64,000 bases of DNA. Origin: Monocercomonoides exilis PA203. Its lineage: Eukaryota; Protista; Preaxostyla. Numbering within the stretch: position 1 is the first letter of the stretch; every line of letters starts with the position of its first letter. The translations under genes were made by a program, and so were the position numbers. The notes under the pieces were generated by a model, which saw only the letters and a list, made by a program, of their open reading frames with translations, did not search any database and was not told the DNA's origin. Where the stretch lies: assembly GCA_001643675.2 (NCBI GenBank), contig LSRY02000014.1, forward strand, positions 992,001 to 1,056,000. The letters are read 5' to 3'. Positions 23,241-36,771 of this stretch are shown here, piece by piece.

Positions 23241-26200
23241 TTAGTACACATTATTCGGTTTATAGAACGAATGGTTGAATCCTGTCACCGAACTCATCGA
23301 CGATGCTATCAGATCGTTCTGCTGCTGCGTCGTCTCTCTCACCGTCGCCATCTTCGATATGTCTGTCCCCAGCGAAATATGGTTCACTTTCCTCCCTCCC
23401 CACGAGGGCATCCCATTTGCTCCATTGGTGCTGTTAGAAGAAGAAGCAAAAGACGCAGAATCTGAAGAAGAAGATGATGATGATGATTGTCCTCTGCCTG
23501 AACGTGAGTGCCTGGCACCTCCGCGGATCAGAAACGAGTAGTCGTCCGCCTTCAGTGTCTTCGACAGGCTCTGCAGCGACTGCGTGCCAGAGTCGTCTTC
23601 GCGCTCGGCAGAGAAGAACTCGCCGCTCGTGTCTCTCAGCAGCCCTTCCGCGATTCCCCTCTTCTCCTCCTGCAGGTAGATGATACGCTCCTCCACACTC
23701 AGCTCCACAATAATGCGGATCACGTGCACAGGCCTGGTCTGTCCAATCCGGTGCACCCGGTCCACTGCCTGCTCTTCGATGAACGGATTCCACCACAAAT
23801 CCACCAGCATCACGTGGTTCGCCACCACAAGATCCAGCCCCACACCACCTGCACGCAGTGACGCCAGCAGAACCTTCACGCGAGGCTTTGTTTTGAACGA
23901 GTCGATCGATTTCTTCTGCTCGTTCACGCTTTGCTGCCCGTCGAAGCGGCAGAAGGAGGTGCCGTTGGCAATGAGAAGAGGCTCGATGATGTCCAGACAC
24001 GACGTCCACTTTGAAAAGACGACAAGTTTTTCGTCGTCTGGCATCCCGTTGATGTACCCAACAAGCGCCGCCAGCTTCGTGCTGGTGATGATCGTGTTTG
24101 CTGACTGGGCAGCATCACTTATTTCAGTCGCTGTTGCACTCGACGCTTCCTGCGCACCTGATTTGATGGCGGCCACTTCTTCATCGTCCTTGTTTGCACT
24201 CTCGCTGCCTTCTTTCTTTTCAGAAGCCCCGTCGTTCTCCTCTTTGTTCTGAAGGGAAAGAGCTTGTGCTCTGCGCGTTCTTCTTCTTCCATATCCAGGT
24301 ATACCACCCGCTGCATTGTATCCGTCAAAATACACATCATTAATCTCATCCATTGCAAGCAATTCTCTCCCAGCCTTTGAAGCAACCATCATCTGCAGTG
24401 CATGCAGCATCGAAGCTGAGCACATTGAGTTTCTGGGCAGCCCCTTCCCGCAGACAGGACACTCAAACATCGAATGTACCTCTCTTCGGATCTTCTTCAT
24501 CTCTTTCTTCACCAGCGCATCCATCTCCTTCTCTGTCAAATGCTTCCTTCCTCTGCTCTGCTCGCGCACCGCCTCCATCAGCCGCTGCCTGCCCTCAGCG
24601 CTTTCCATCCGCATAGTCATCTGTGTTGTAGCACTCAGCTCAGCCCGCCCGATGTATTCGCCAATGCACCGCCTGCAGAACACATGGCCACACGGCGTGC
24701 ACATCGGGTCCTTCATCCACTGCATGCACAGCGAGCAGAAACGCGCAAACAGGAAGTGCAGGTCGTGGGGGATGCCAAGTGCTGTCAGATTCATCGGCTC
24801 TGATGGCTTTGGCGGTGGAGGTGGGGGAGGCGGGGGAGGCGGGGGAAGCATATGCTGAAGAGAGGCTGAAGGAGACGCTGAGGGCGATGGAGAAAGACCA
24901 CCAAGACTATCTTGAGGAGCCATTTCTGTTGGAGACAAAGATCTGCTTTTCAGCTCATTGTCTTCGTCAATTGCGCTTTCTCCGTTTTCCAGTTGCCCTG
25001 AGCCTTTCCCTGCTTCTCCCAAAACGTCTTCTCCTTCGTCGAAGTCATCATCCAACTCCATCTCTGTTTTCTCCCTTTCTTTTTCAATCAGATTTGCAGT
25101 TGCTTCTGTAGAGGTTCCATTCATTCCAGGCTGCTGAGGTAACATATTCATATCGCCCTGTTGATTCAATAGCGTCTGTCCAGAGGATGCTTGCATTCCA
25201 ATTCCTTGGCTTTCTGTTGAACTTGAAGAAGCTATCTGTGCAGAAGCCAAAGTCGAAGAAGAAGAAGTAGAAGAAGAAGAAGGTTTCTGAGTTGACAGAG
25301 CAGAAAGATAAGGCAGTGGAATTGCTGTTTTTTCTTCTTCGTCGAATGAAAGTGCAGTTGGAGGGAGAATTTGCGGACGATTTGCTGGATTCGGTTTCTG
25401 CATTGCGTCATCATCATCTTCTTCTTCTTCTACTTGCTCTTCTTGTTTTGAACGGCCCTTTCGTGTTGTTGACGTTGCTGTTGATGCTCTTGGCTTTCTC
25501 TGCTTTCTTTGGCTTTTCTCTTCTTTTGCTGCACCATTTTCTTCATTCGAAACATCATCGTTTCCTTCTCCATCGTTCTTTTCTTTTCCTCCTTCTTCAT
25601 TGTCATCTTTATCAACATCGCCCATCTTCCTTCTTGCCATCCTCCTCCCTCTTCTCTTCTGTATCTGTGCTCTTTTCACAGCCTTCCTCTGCTGCTTTTC
25701 TTCATCTAACAAGTCATCAGGCACTTCATCTGCTTCAGACGATATGCTTTCATCTGATTCATCGTTCGTGCTGCTGCCTGCTGAATATTCTGCTTTCTCC
25801 TTCTCACTCGACATCTCACTGTCTGGTACAATAAAGTCTTCCAATGAGCTCCCGCTGTCATCGTCATCTTCTTCTTCTTCGTCTTCGTCTGCTGCTCTTC
25901 TGCTGCTTTTTGATACTCCTCCTGTCTTCTCCACTTTCCTCCGCTTGTTCCTCTGCCCTTTCACAGGAATCCCAACAATTTGCGGCTTTTCTGATGTTTG
26001 TGGCTTTCCAGCTGATAATTCAGGTGAGGATGGAGGAGAAGGAGAAGATGAAGGAGAAGGAGGAGAAGGAGGAGAAAGAGGAGGAGAAGAGGGATTATCA
26101 AATAAACTTTGTTCGTGCAGTGCTGGAGGAGGAGAATAACTTGACTCGACTGGAAGCATATTCTGATTTGAAAGGGCGGATGCTTCGCTTGAAAAGGCAT

Positions 26201-27525
26201 TTGGATTTGTTGAATGAACATTATTCATTTGAGTTGAAGACAATCCGGACAAGTTGGAAGAGACACTCAAAGAAGAAGAAGAAACAGACGAGGAAGAAGA
26301 AAAAGGAGTTGAAGCAGAAGAAGAAGAAGCATCAGACGATAGTTTGCTTGGTGTATGCATAGATCTTAGTTTGCTGAGAAGTGCGCTTGCAGAACGGGGC
26401 GCAGGCGCAGACGTAGATGCAGAAGAAGGCTCAGAATTAGTTGTGCTGTTGGTCATTGAGGTTTCTATTGAATGTGGAGAAGGCATCTGTGTTGTGTTCA
26501 AAGAAGGAGGAGATGATTGAAGTGGCTCTGGTTCTTGAAAAGATTGAGAAGTGAATGAAGATTGCTTTTCATTGGAGGAATATTGTAATTCGTTCTCTGG
26601 TTTAGAAGGAGATAATTCAGATGGCAAGGAAGAAGGAGTCATTTGATTTGAAAAAGAGGAAATTAAAGAGGTAAAAGGAGGAGAAGAAGAAGAAGAAGAA
26701 ATATTTCCTTCAGAAATATGTTTTGGCTCTGAACTTTGTGAAAAAGAGGATGTTAATTGAGGAGCAGAATTAATATCTGTATTTGAGGTTAATTCTTTGT
26801 TATTCTCTTCAATTTTCACATTTTCTTGTTTGCTTTCTTTTTTGCTTAAAGCAAGCTGAAATGGCAAAGGTTCTGGTTTTTGAACTGAATTGTTCAGATT
26901 TCCAACATTTTCATTCCTTCCAGCAAGTTTGCTTCTCATCTTCTGCATCAGCGAATTTATATTCCTCGCCCTATTATCTGTCGAATCCCGAGTAACTTCG
27001 TTGTTTTTGAGTGTGTTTGCTTCTTTTCTGTCTTCTGATTGTTTTGTGGGAATTATCTCTGAAGGTGATGACGAGGAAGGACCAGGTTTGTCGTGGAGCA
27101 TCCGAAGCTTCGCAAGAAGAGCACTTGTTGAGCGTGGTGCAGATGAAGAAGAAGATGATGATAACGAAGATGATGATGAAGACACTGAAGAAGCAGCAGC
27201 AAAAGGATAAGATGAATTCACAGAAGGTGCAGAAGATGCTGAACCCGAAGCAGAATCTGCCAAACCTGAACTCTCAAAAGAACTCACAGCTGTTTTTTGT
27301 GCTTCAGATGCTGTTGAATTTGAATGTGTCTGAGCAGACAGCGTGGTCAGAATCGATTTTGTCTTCGACTTCAGCATGCCTGGCAGTATCAGTCTTTCTG
27401 GTATCGCCAGAGGTGCTGCATCTCCGTCAGACGAGTCTGAAGAGAAGCTGCTCCTGTCAGAATCAGACTCGCTCTCTGAAACATTCCCTGAATTGCTTCT
27501 GCCCATCAAGCCAGAGGAAGAAGAA

Positions 27526-27556
<31 letters not shown>

Positions 27557-30500
27557 CTGTTTTGGCTCGGCTCTTGTTCTTCTTCTGCTTCATAATCATC
27601 GTCATCTCCAAATCCCCAAAGTCTGCATCGCTTTCACCATCGCTGTTATCTTGTTGGTAGCCATTGCTTGAACTTTCCTCGCTATCAGCTTTTCTCTGCT
27701 TCGCTTTTGCCCTTCCTCCACTCTCAGAGTCATCGAAATCTGTTTCAATCGAATTCAGACTGTCTGAAAATCGATCGCTGGAAAACGCTGATCCTTCAGT
27801 GAATGATCCCTCATCACTGGAGTCTTGATATCCACCCTTTCCTGCTTTCTTCTTTCTTTTTGATGAAGAAGAGCTCTGTTTTCTGCTCCTGCCTCCTCCT
27901 CCTCCTCCTCCTCCTCTCCCTCCTCTTTGTCTGCGTCCTACTCCTTTTCGCCTGCCAAACAAAGAAGTGCTGGCGGAAGTGTACTTAAAATCACCCAATC
28001 CAGAAGAAGATAAACTGGAAGAAGAAGAAGACGATGATGACGACGATGAAAGACTGCTCAACGAATCAATGTCGTCCTCATCTGAATCGCTCAGCCCACT
28101 TCCCCCCGATTTCCCTCCTCTCCCTTTTGCATCTCCTCCTCTTCCTCCTCTTCCACTCCGCTCCTTCTGCAGCCTCTCTTCAGCCCCAGCCACCAGCGAG
28201 AGCCCGTCTCTGCCGAGCATCTGGATGCCCCGCTGCACTTTGTTCTGCTCCACACGCAGAAAACGCGACAGCCGCGAGTCAATCTTCTTCTGCAGCAGAT
28301 CGTCGCTGCTGGCTGACTCTCCTTCATCGCTGCTACTATTGCTGTTATTGCTGCTGCTTTTGCCTCTGCTTCTTTTTCTATTGCTGCTCTGTCCATCTTT
28401 CTGCTTTTCTGTTTTTCTATCTTCCTTTTTCGATTTGTCCAAAGAGAATGTTGATTTGTTCTTCTGCTTCAGTGTCTTTGGGCTTTCAGCTGGAGAAGGA
28501 AGGCTCAGATCGTCGTCGCTGCTGTTTGACATGTCTTCCACTCTTATTTTTGGCAGGGGCTTTTTTTCTTTTGGCTTGGATTCCAAAGGAGATGCTTGTG
28601 GAGTTATCTGTGAAGGCATCTTTGTAATAGCCTCTGACTTCTGCTGGTACAAGTCTGCAGATTGAAACACGGTGGATATTCTCGAAGCAGAGAAGCCATT
28701 TTGCATCGAGTAGATGCTCGCTGCTTTTGAAGATATCTGTGACATGAGTGTGAACGGGTTGTGGTGGATGGAGGCTGCTTGAAGCTCTCTTGTCTGCGAC
28801 TGCAGCTGCGCAAGCTGATTGCGCGACGAGTTGAAACCTGCCAGTTGATCAGAGCTTGTCATTGAAGCGTTCTGCGGATAAGCAGCCGAGTGAGCTTGGC
28901 TGTGGAAGCCAGACGGAACTAATCCCATGTTTGTATTCTGGGCAAGCACATTCAGAGTGTTCTGCTCTTCTTGCTTCATCGGAATCTGGCTAAGATCAAA
29001 GACACTGCTTGCGGTTTCGTTACCCCCACGTGACGAGACCGATGCGGCCATCGTTGAAAGCAGCTTCGACGTGTTTGGATCGAACTTCTCGTCGAATTCC
29101 TTCGACAAGATACTTTGGTCTGCTCCGTTCTCTGGCATTATCTTCGGCATTGGGAAACTCGTGTGAGCTGAATTAAGCTGCGATGCAATTGCAGATGATG
29201 ATGATGACGCTATTTGACTATTAGCTGATGAAAAATTGTTATCAGAATAGGAATCTGGCTTCAGTCCAGTCGGAAATGCTAACTGGGATGATGTTGATGA
29301 TGAAAGAAACTTGTTTGATTGCAAAGAAGAAGAAGAAGAAGAAGAAGAAGAAGAACGAGAAGTTGGAGAAGGAGAAGAAGAAGGGGAAGGAGAAAGAGGG
29401 GTTGGACTGGCAGAAGGAGAAACAGCACTAGCAGTAGAAGGGGAGATAAGCGTGCCTGCTGCAGAAAAAGAAGGATATTGCGACTGAGCAGCAGCCAGTG
29501 CATGTGCAATTGATTGTGACTGGGAAAGCAACTGTGTCCGATTTGATGCAGTTGAAGGAGCAGAAGCAGAGGAGGATGAATACATCGACGAAAGAGATTT
29601 GATACCAGACGAGTTAAACTGATTGAGAGATGGAGAAATCTGATGGGGTGTTTGTGCGCCAAACGGTGACAATGGTGCAGGCGATGGCGATTGCTGAGGA
29701 AATGGGCTGTTTTGTGGAGGAGGCATCGCTATCGAAAGAGGAGATGGTTCGGCAGACGGCATGAATGATGCAGGCACCCCCCACGATGCAAACCCATTTG
29801 CTGCAGACAGTTCTGCCGATATGCCCAGCATTGGATTAGTCAGCTCAGATTTGATAGATGTGACCATTGCCATTTGGCTTGCAGGATCTGCTCCTTTCTG
29901 CCTCAGAAGCATCATCTGTGTGTTGAGTGCCATCTGCTCTGCAAGCAGCCGCTGGTTGTGTGGCGACATAAGCGGCATTCCTCGCTCAGCTGGCTTGTCG
30001 ATGATCCCCATCCGCACCGCATGTGTCGGGAATGGCGGGTCCTGCGACTCGTCAGGGAGCAGATAAGGATCATCGTTGAAGCGCGTGAGTGTCTCGCGAA
30101 ACGAAGGAGGCAGCACAAACACGCCAAACCCCTTTTCGAGAATGCTCCGCACAACAAGAGACGGGTGGATACATGCCTGTTGGAGTCGAAGAATAAGCTC
30201 GAGCATATTCAGCGATGACGTGTGCTTCTTTGAAGAGCCAGAATAGCCATCTCCATCAAACCCTCCGTCGCCGTCGTCTATTTGGTGTGTGAGGTATTCC
30301 ATCTCCTTCTTCGAGTCTGCCTCGAGAAGCTGATAGAACTGGCGCTCCAATGCGCGGAGCTGCAACCGTGCTTCTATGTACCGCTTGGGTGGCAGTTCAT
30401 CTTTCAGCGCGGTTTCCTTTGTTCGCCTCAGAATGCACCCGTACAGCGCTTCCAGTTCCTCGTCTCTGTCAAATTGGAGGAAGCGATACAAAGACTGGAG

Positions 30501-31701
30501 ATCTTGCAGTGTGTTCTGGATGGGTGTGCCTGTCAGTGCCCAACGACGCTGGCTTTGGAGGGCAAATGCAGCTCTGCTTTGTCCCGTTTTGTCGTTCTTG
30601 ATGTTATGTGCTTCGTCCAACACCACACGCCTCCACGCAACAGTAAACAAGGGCCACTTCTGCGTGCCAATTCGAAGCATTTCTTCTTGCTGCTCTCTGC
30701 TCAGTGATGAAGCCATCCCGCTCAAAGCAGCACTTACATCATCTCCATCGATATCATCTGAGCTGCCCCGCTTTCCTCCTCGTCCGAAGCTTCCGTACAT
30801 GTTGTAAGGAGCAGATTGCATCATATTTGACATCGATGATGGACCTTCGCTTCGATAACTTCCACGACTCTTCTTTTTTTTTGAACTCAAAGTTCGTCCT
30901 GTTTGCATTTCCAACCATGTTGTCAGTGCATCAAGTTGCATCCGCACAACGTTGTAAGAAGTCAGGCAAACATGACAGTTTTGGAGTATTTCCGCTTCAG
31001 ATTTATTTTGTCGCCATTTCAAAATTGGACGGAAATGTTCATTAAGATGTGCCTCAGACATAGATTTATGAACAATATGTGCTTTGAACATAACTCCTTT
31101 TCCGACATCTTGAATCTTGCTTAGCCAATGTGTAAGAACACCTTTAGGAGCAACAACAAGTGTTCCTCGGACTTTCGGAAGGAGTTGAGCCAAAATTGAG
31201 TCAGCTCTAATTTAAACCAATAATGAGATCAAGCAACAAAAACATAATGCAAATTCGTTTTTGAAAGGATTAGAAAAAGACATACAATGATTGCCTTCGA
31301 TGTTTACGTCCAAATTCTGACTTTAATTTGTCGAAAATTTCTTTGTCAGGACCATCGTTTTGATGATATGTGTTAAGGTAGGTTTGAAACATTCTTAGTT
31401 TAGATTTATTGTACATGTCCATTGCTAAAAGTGCAAGAACTTCGATAGTCTTTCCCAGCCCCATATCATCTGCCAAAATACCTCCTCGCATTGGATTACC
31501 TCCAGGAGGATCTGTTTCACGCATAATCATCCAACCAAGACCAATTTTTTGATGTTTTCGAAGTGTGTAAGCAAAATTTGGAGGAGGTTCATCTTCAGGC
31601 CAATCGAAGTCATGATACACAATTGTATTCTTTTCCCAAGGACCTAGTTGAGAAATATTTTCCTGACTGTCGTAATCATTTTCATCTGCAATTGTATTCA
31701 T
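23241..31701 (-). CDS. SNF2-family ATPase, Rad5/Rad16/Ris1 group, with C3HC4 RING (2 exons, ~2800 aa)
   Basis: Exon 1 (ATG 31701) has LRKHQKIGLGWM and GGILADDMGLGKT. After a GTATGT..TAG intron near 31208-31285, exon 2 has TLVVAP, RRVVLDEAHNIKN, WALTGTPIQN, ILRRTK, LRLQQACIHP, the RING CSLC..CGHVFCRRC..CPVC, STKL, KLVVFS and SLRAGGVGLDL..ANHV...WWNP..EEQAVDRVHRIGQ. Confidence 0.93.
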
Positions 31702-31891
31702 GACAAACAACAAAAACAAAAAATGATAGGAAATGTGCCTGGGATAGATCAATATTTATTCAAGAATTATTGATAATAATAATTTGAATATTTTTTATTT
31801 AATTATTTTTGAGAAATTGCTTTTTTGTTTTTTTGTGCAATAATAAAAATTGTTGAATCAATTTTTTTAACTTTTTACTTTTTACATTGAA

Positions 31892-34030
31892 ATGATAGAT
31901 ACAGGCACCCAAACAACATTTGATATTGCTTCAAATTCTATTAGACAATATAAATCTGAATGCATGCGGAGAAACGTACAGCCGGAAGCGTCAATCGTAA
32001 ATGCACTAACAGTTTTCAATTTTTTGCGAATAAAAAATTTTAAAGACTTAAATTTTTGTACATTCAGAACGCTTCGAAAAAAGAAGAGCCGCTCTATCAA
32101 ATAGTTGTTCGAGGTTTAATTTTTCCTTTCTTTTTTTGTTATGTGCTTTTATTAACGATATATTTTTATTCAATTTCAGATACCCTTCTTAGCCGTGCGC
32201 AATGTGAAGCGATTTCTACGCTTATACCTGCATCATCAAAACTGTTCATCAGAGTTTTGGATTTTGAAGGCAGTTTGAAAGAAGACGTTTGAATAGAATT
32301 TTTTTAAAATTGTTGAAATTTTTACCATTTTCAGACTGTAGAAGTAATACTTGAATCTGCTCGTCAAGCACCTACACTTGATGTTTTAAATCTTAAAAAT
32401 TGTAAAGTTTTATCTTTGAAGTCTTGCACCTTAATTTCAGAAATGATAAAGAATGGATTTCCAATGAGAGTACTTGACATTTCCAACAATCAAGTAGATG
32501 TGAATGGATTACAACTAATTGGAAAGTCACTAACATCTCCATGTTGCCATTTAGAAATACTAAAAATGAATTGCTTAACTCCAAGCAGTTCTGTTTTAGC
32601 TTCGATGCAACTTATCTCAAAATCTTTAAGTTCAAATACAACGGTTTTATCTCTTGGTGTTGGTGAAAATCATTTGACCAGCCAATCAACTGAGCATATG
32701 ACTATGTTTTTGAAGGATACAATTCCTCTACCACCGATTACTCCTCGTGATGAGTCTCCAACACAGATTGAAAAAGAGAAAGAGGAAAAAGAAAAATTAA
32801 GCTCAGAAGAAAACGAAATTGAAAAATCCGAAAATAAAAGTTCTTCTATAAAAGCAGAAAGAGAGGCAGATGAATCTGTTGCTCAAATAAGTCCTATAAA
32901 AATAACAAGTGCGATTATATATACCTCTCAATTGGCTTCGTTGGATCTTAGGCAAAACAATATTGGGGTTTGTGCATGAAGAAATAAGTTAAAAATTGAA
33001 ATGGTGTTACAAGATATATATCGTTAGTTTTTTGCAAAAGCAAAGAAATTATTGTTTTTTAATTGTTTTTTTATCTTTTTCATTATTGTTTGGCATCGAT
33101 TTACAATAAACGAAATTCAAAGGACGAAGGAGCATTAAAAATATCTACGTGCTTGAAAACAAATCGAACACTGTTGTCTTTGGTTTTGTGGTGTGTTCTT
33201 GTTTCATTTTTCTCATGATAAAAGCAAGTGAATATTTGCAGGGCAACTCATTTGTCTCCTGTTGGGATTGGATATTTGTGCAACGGACTGAGTGATAATT
33301 CAACGCTTCAACATTTCGACATTGGATGCAACATTGTGGGATTTGAGGGAGTATGTGTAAATTTTATTAAATATTGATTCCTAAATGTTTTGCTTATAAT
33401 TCTGTATCATTGTTTATTTTGATATTATTCCTTTTTTCTATTTTTGAACTTTCCACTCTCAACATCTCTTTCATTGCAGTGCAAGCACCTTGGTGTTTTA
33501 TTAAAATCGAATTTTACACTGACAACGATAGGAATAGCATCGTCTGAGATATGCTCTGATGGTTTGCATTCATTCGAAAAGTCTATCCAATTAACTTTTT
33601 TGTATAACTTTTATTTTTATTTTATTTTATTTTCTTCAATTTCTGTTCTGGCTGCTTTGGGGGGGAAAAATAAGATTTGATTCATATTTGCCAGGCACTT
33701 GTCTCCAATTGGGCGCTTCTGAGAATTGATCTCAGGCGAAATCCGCGGCTCTCTTACAAAGGAATCCAGCAGCTGAAAACTGTGATGGAGGCAAACACGA
33801 CAATTCAGTGCATTTTTATGGACACTCAGCAATTGGTTTGTCAAAGTTATCTCGTTATAGCAATGATTGTTCGTATCGTTTTATGAATATTCTTTGAATC
33901 TCAGATTGAAAAATGCAAAGAAGGAAGTGAAAAGCATTTGTTGCAGGCTGATCTTCAATACATCCAGCAGAGCTGCGAAAGGAACATATCATCGTTTATT
34001 AAAGCAAACTCGATTCCAGAGAATGAGTGA
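31892..34030 (+). CDS. RNI-like leucine-rich repeat protein (PPP1R37/NLRC3-like, multi-exon)
   Basis: Exons give RI-type LRRs (MRVLDISNNQVDVNG, VLSLGVGENHL, LASLDLRQNNIG, TLQHFDIGCN, LLRIDLRRN). The N-terminus is Y..EC....VQP and the C-terminus is IQQSCERN...E* ending at 34030. Confidence 0.8.
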
Positions 34031-34655
34031 TCTATTGCATTTAGCCATTGGACAACTTTAAGAAAATAACATCGAGTGAAGTTAGATTTTTTAAAGATTC
34101 ATTTTTAAAATGAATGTTGCATTTGTAGTACTGTTTTGAAACTGTTTTATTTTCGACTTTGTCATTGTTATGTTTCGAGTTTATCTAAGAAACAATCACG
34201 TGTCAAGTGATGCTTGTCTTTAGAGAAAGAATTCTCAAACTGTTAAATGTCTTTTCATGCTTTTGCTGTTGTGTTTTATTTTGTTACTTTTCATTTTGCG
34301 TGAGTTTCGATTTTTTTCTTAGCATTTTAAAATAATGCATTAAAAAATGTGCAAGTGATAAGTTTTTCTTCGAACATTTTTCAAATTGGATGATATTTTC
34401 GAAGCAATTTTTGAGAATTGAAAAACAAACATTTTGATTAATAATGAGATTTACTCGTTGATATCCTTTCAAATGAAAAATCAATATTCTATAAAAGAAA
34501 ACGCACAATATTTGCATATAATCTCCATTCAAAATTACTGATTCAGACTATTGCAAAAATTCGAATAAAAGAATGAGCATTTATTTGTTTCAAAAAAAGT
34601 TATAGTTTTGTTTGATCTTAGAATTTTTTGAATCTCTTTTGATTTTTTAACCAGG

Positions 34656-36397
34656 ATGGTTTCGCGGCCAAAAATGCCCACACGCTCCGAATTGGCTGCA
34701 ACTATAGCGGTTAGCCTTGCAACAGCGGTTATTGCAATTGTAAACAAATTAGCCGTTAAATCATTTCCTTATTCGTCAACTCTTTCTCTTTTTCAAAACG
34801 TTTTCATAATTATTGGAATTTCCTTATACTGGATGTTTAACAAGAACAGACCAAGGATTTCAATCGACAAATTTTCTCAGTTTTTTCCAACAGCTGTAAC
34901 AACTTCACTTAATTTTATTGCTAATTTCAAAGCATTGCAGCATTTAAATTACTCAACAGTCGCTGTAATGCGTAATATTAATTTACTCTTTGCTGCAGTT
35001 ATGGATTATTTTATTTTTGGACGTCGTTTTTCAAAGTTTACACTTTTTTCACTTTTCATAATTATTGTTGGAGTTGTCCTTTATGGTTATGACGAACTTA
35101 TTATTTCCTTTATCGGGTGTTTGTGGCTTTTGTTTCATATGCTTGCATATGAAGGGCAAAATTTATTCGCAAAATTCATAACAGTCAGTTATGATTATTC
35201 TTCAGCAGAAATGTCTTTTTACACTTCTCTTTGGTCATGCCCAATTTTGTTTGTTGCCATGATTTATTCCACTGAAATGTACAATAGCATTTCTGATTTA
35301 TTTTCTTTGAGGGCATTTTGGGTTTGTTTTTGCCTTTCATGTCTATCTAACAGTAATTTCTTCCAAACATTAAATTTTATAAAAACAAACATATTACCTG
35401 ATATTAGACATATGTCAGCGGATTGATTGCTCTTATTCTTTCTAATTTACGTTTCTTCTCTCTGAAATCGTTAAGTGTTACTGCATATAGCGCGCTTAAT
35501 ATTGAAAATAAGGTTTTTTCATCGATGGTATTATCACTCCTCTTTAGCCAAAATATTTCGTTGGTTCAAGTTGTTGGATGTATTGTTGCTTTTGTTGGTG
35601 CTTATTTGTATTCCCTTTATGAGGTGAGAGATAAATTCGATGAGGAAAAAGCTATCATTAAAAATCAAAAGAGACGTCATCATCCGAATGAAACCAGCGA
35701 CAAAATTGAAGAAGAGAGCAAAGCTGCGGAAGAAGGACGAAGCAAAAGAGATGAGCCTCCGAGCGTTTCGTCATTTCCTTTTGCAGACACATTTTCAGAT
35801 AGTTCATCCAGCACATTGACGTCAAGTGATTCAAAGGGAACAAGTCAATCTTCATCATTATTAACTGCGAACAGCAATAATTCATCATTGTTCAATCCTT
35901 TTGATTCACTTCTTGCAATGGATGACACGAAAACATCTGAAGACAGAGTTCTTAAAGCAAAGAAAAAGCAATCAGCTGGGAAAAAACGAGGAAACTTTTC
36001 AGCTTTTGTTGAACAAATAACCAAAGAGGAGTTGTCCCAAGCATCAAAACTGCAAACGGTTTCAGAATTTCCTTCATTGTCACCTCAAAATTCAACTTCA
36101 TTGACTTCACCATTGTCTTCCACTTCTTCTTCTGATGGACATTTGCCTGTTTCAACTTTTTCCAATCAATCCGTTGAGTCATCTTCGACTCCAATTATGG
36201 AAGATCAGGAAACACAATTTTTAACTACGAAAACAGAAGATATCACAAATGAAAATGATGGCAATGCTTCAGCAATAGCTGATTCATTTCCATCGGAAAA
36301 AGATTTATCTTCTGAAACGAGCAGCAGTGAAAGTTCAAGTGAAAAAACAGATTCTCGTTTTCCTCCTGTTGAACTTGATGAAGAAGATATATTCTGA
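34656..36397 (+). CDS. Nucleotide-sugar transporter (SLC35/TPT family, VRG4/GONST-like) with Ser-rich tail; one intron ~35353-35409
   Basis: Multi-TM protein with VNK....FPY...L..FQ, KALQHL....V.RN and S.TAYS....NK motifs. The two ORFs in the track join across a GTAATT..TTAG intron. Confidence 0.85.
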
Positions 36398-36689
36398 ACT
36401 TTTATAAATTTGTTGAAAAACTTTTTTACTATTTAGAATTTTTAATAATCTTTTGTTTTTTTTTTTTTTTTTTTTTTGAATTAAAGCAATTTTTCGTATT
36501 TTTCTTTAATAATAATCTTAATTCTGTTCTGTTTTGGTTCAATGCTTTTCACTTTCATCTTCAACTGATAATTTTGATATTAATTCCTCTGAAATAAAAA
36601 ACAAAAAATCTAACCTTGAAAAGAAATGAATATTGAAAATAATTGAACAATACAAATTCAAAAAAATACAAATATCATAAACAAAAATT

Positions 36690-36771
36690 CGCACTGAGCA
36701 GGATTTGAACCTACGCGGGATGAACCCAGCAGATTTCTAGTCTGCCGCCTTAACCACTCGGCCATCAGTGC
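36690..36771 (-). tRNA. tRNA-Ser (anticodon AGA)
   Basis: Reverse complement GCACTGATGGCCGAGTGGTTAAGGCGGCAGACTAGAAATCTGCTGGGTTCATCCCGCGTAGGTTCAAATCCTGCTCAGTGCG. It shows an acceptor stem, D-loop GG, anticodon arm GCAGA-CTAGAAA-TCTGC, long variable arm and TTCAAAT T-loop, followed by a TTTTT Pol III terminator. Confidence 0.97.

Noticed and set aside
14719-31124. Many overlapping antisense or alternative-frame ORFs of 60-290 aa
   Set aside because: Shadows of long, low-complexity real genes; none has a recognisable motif.
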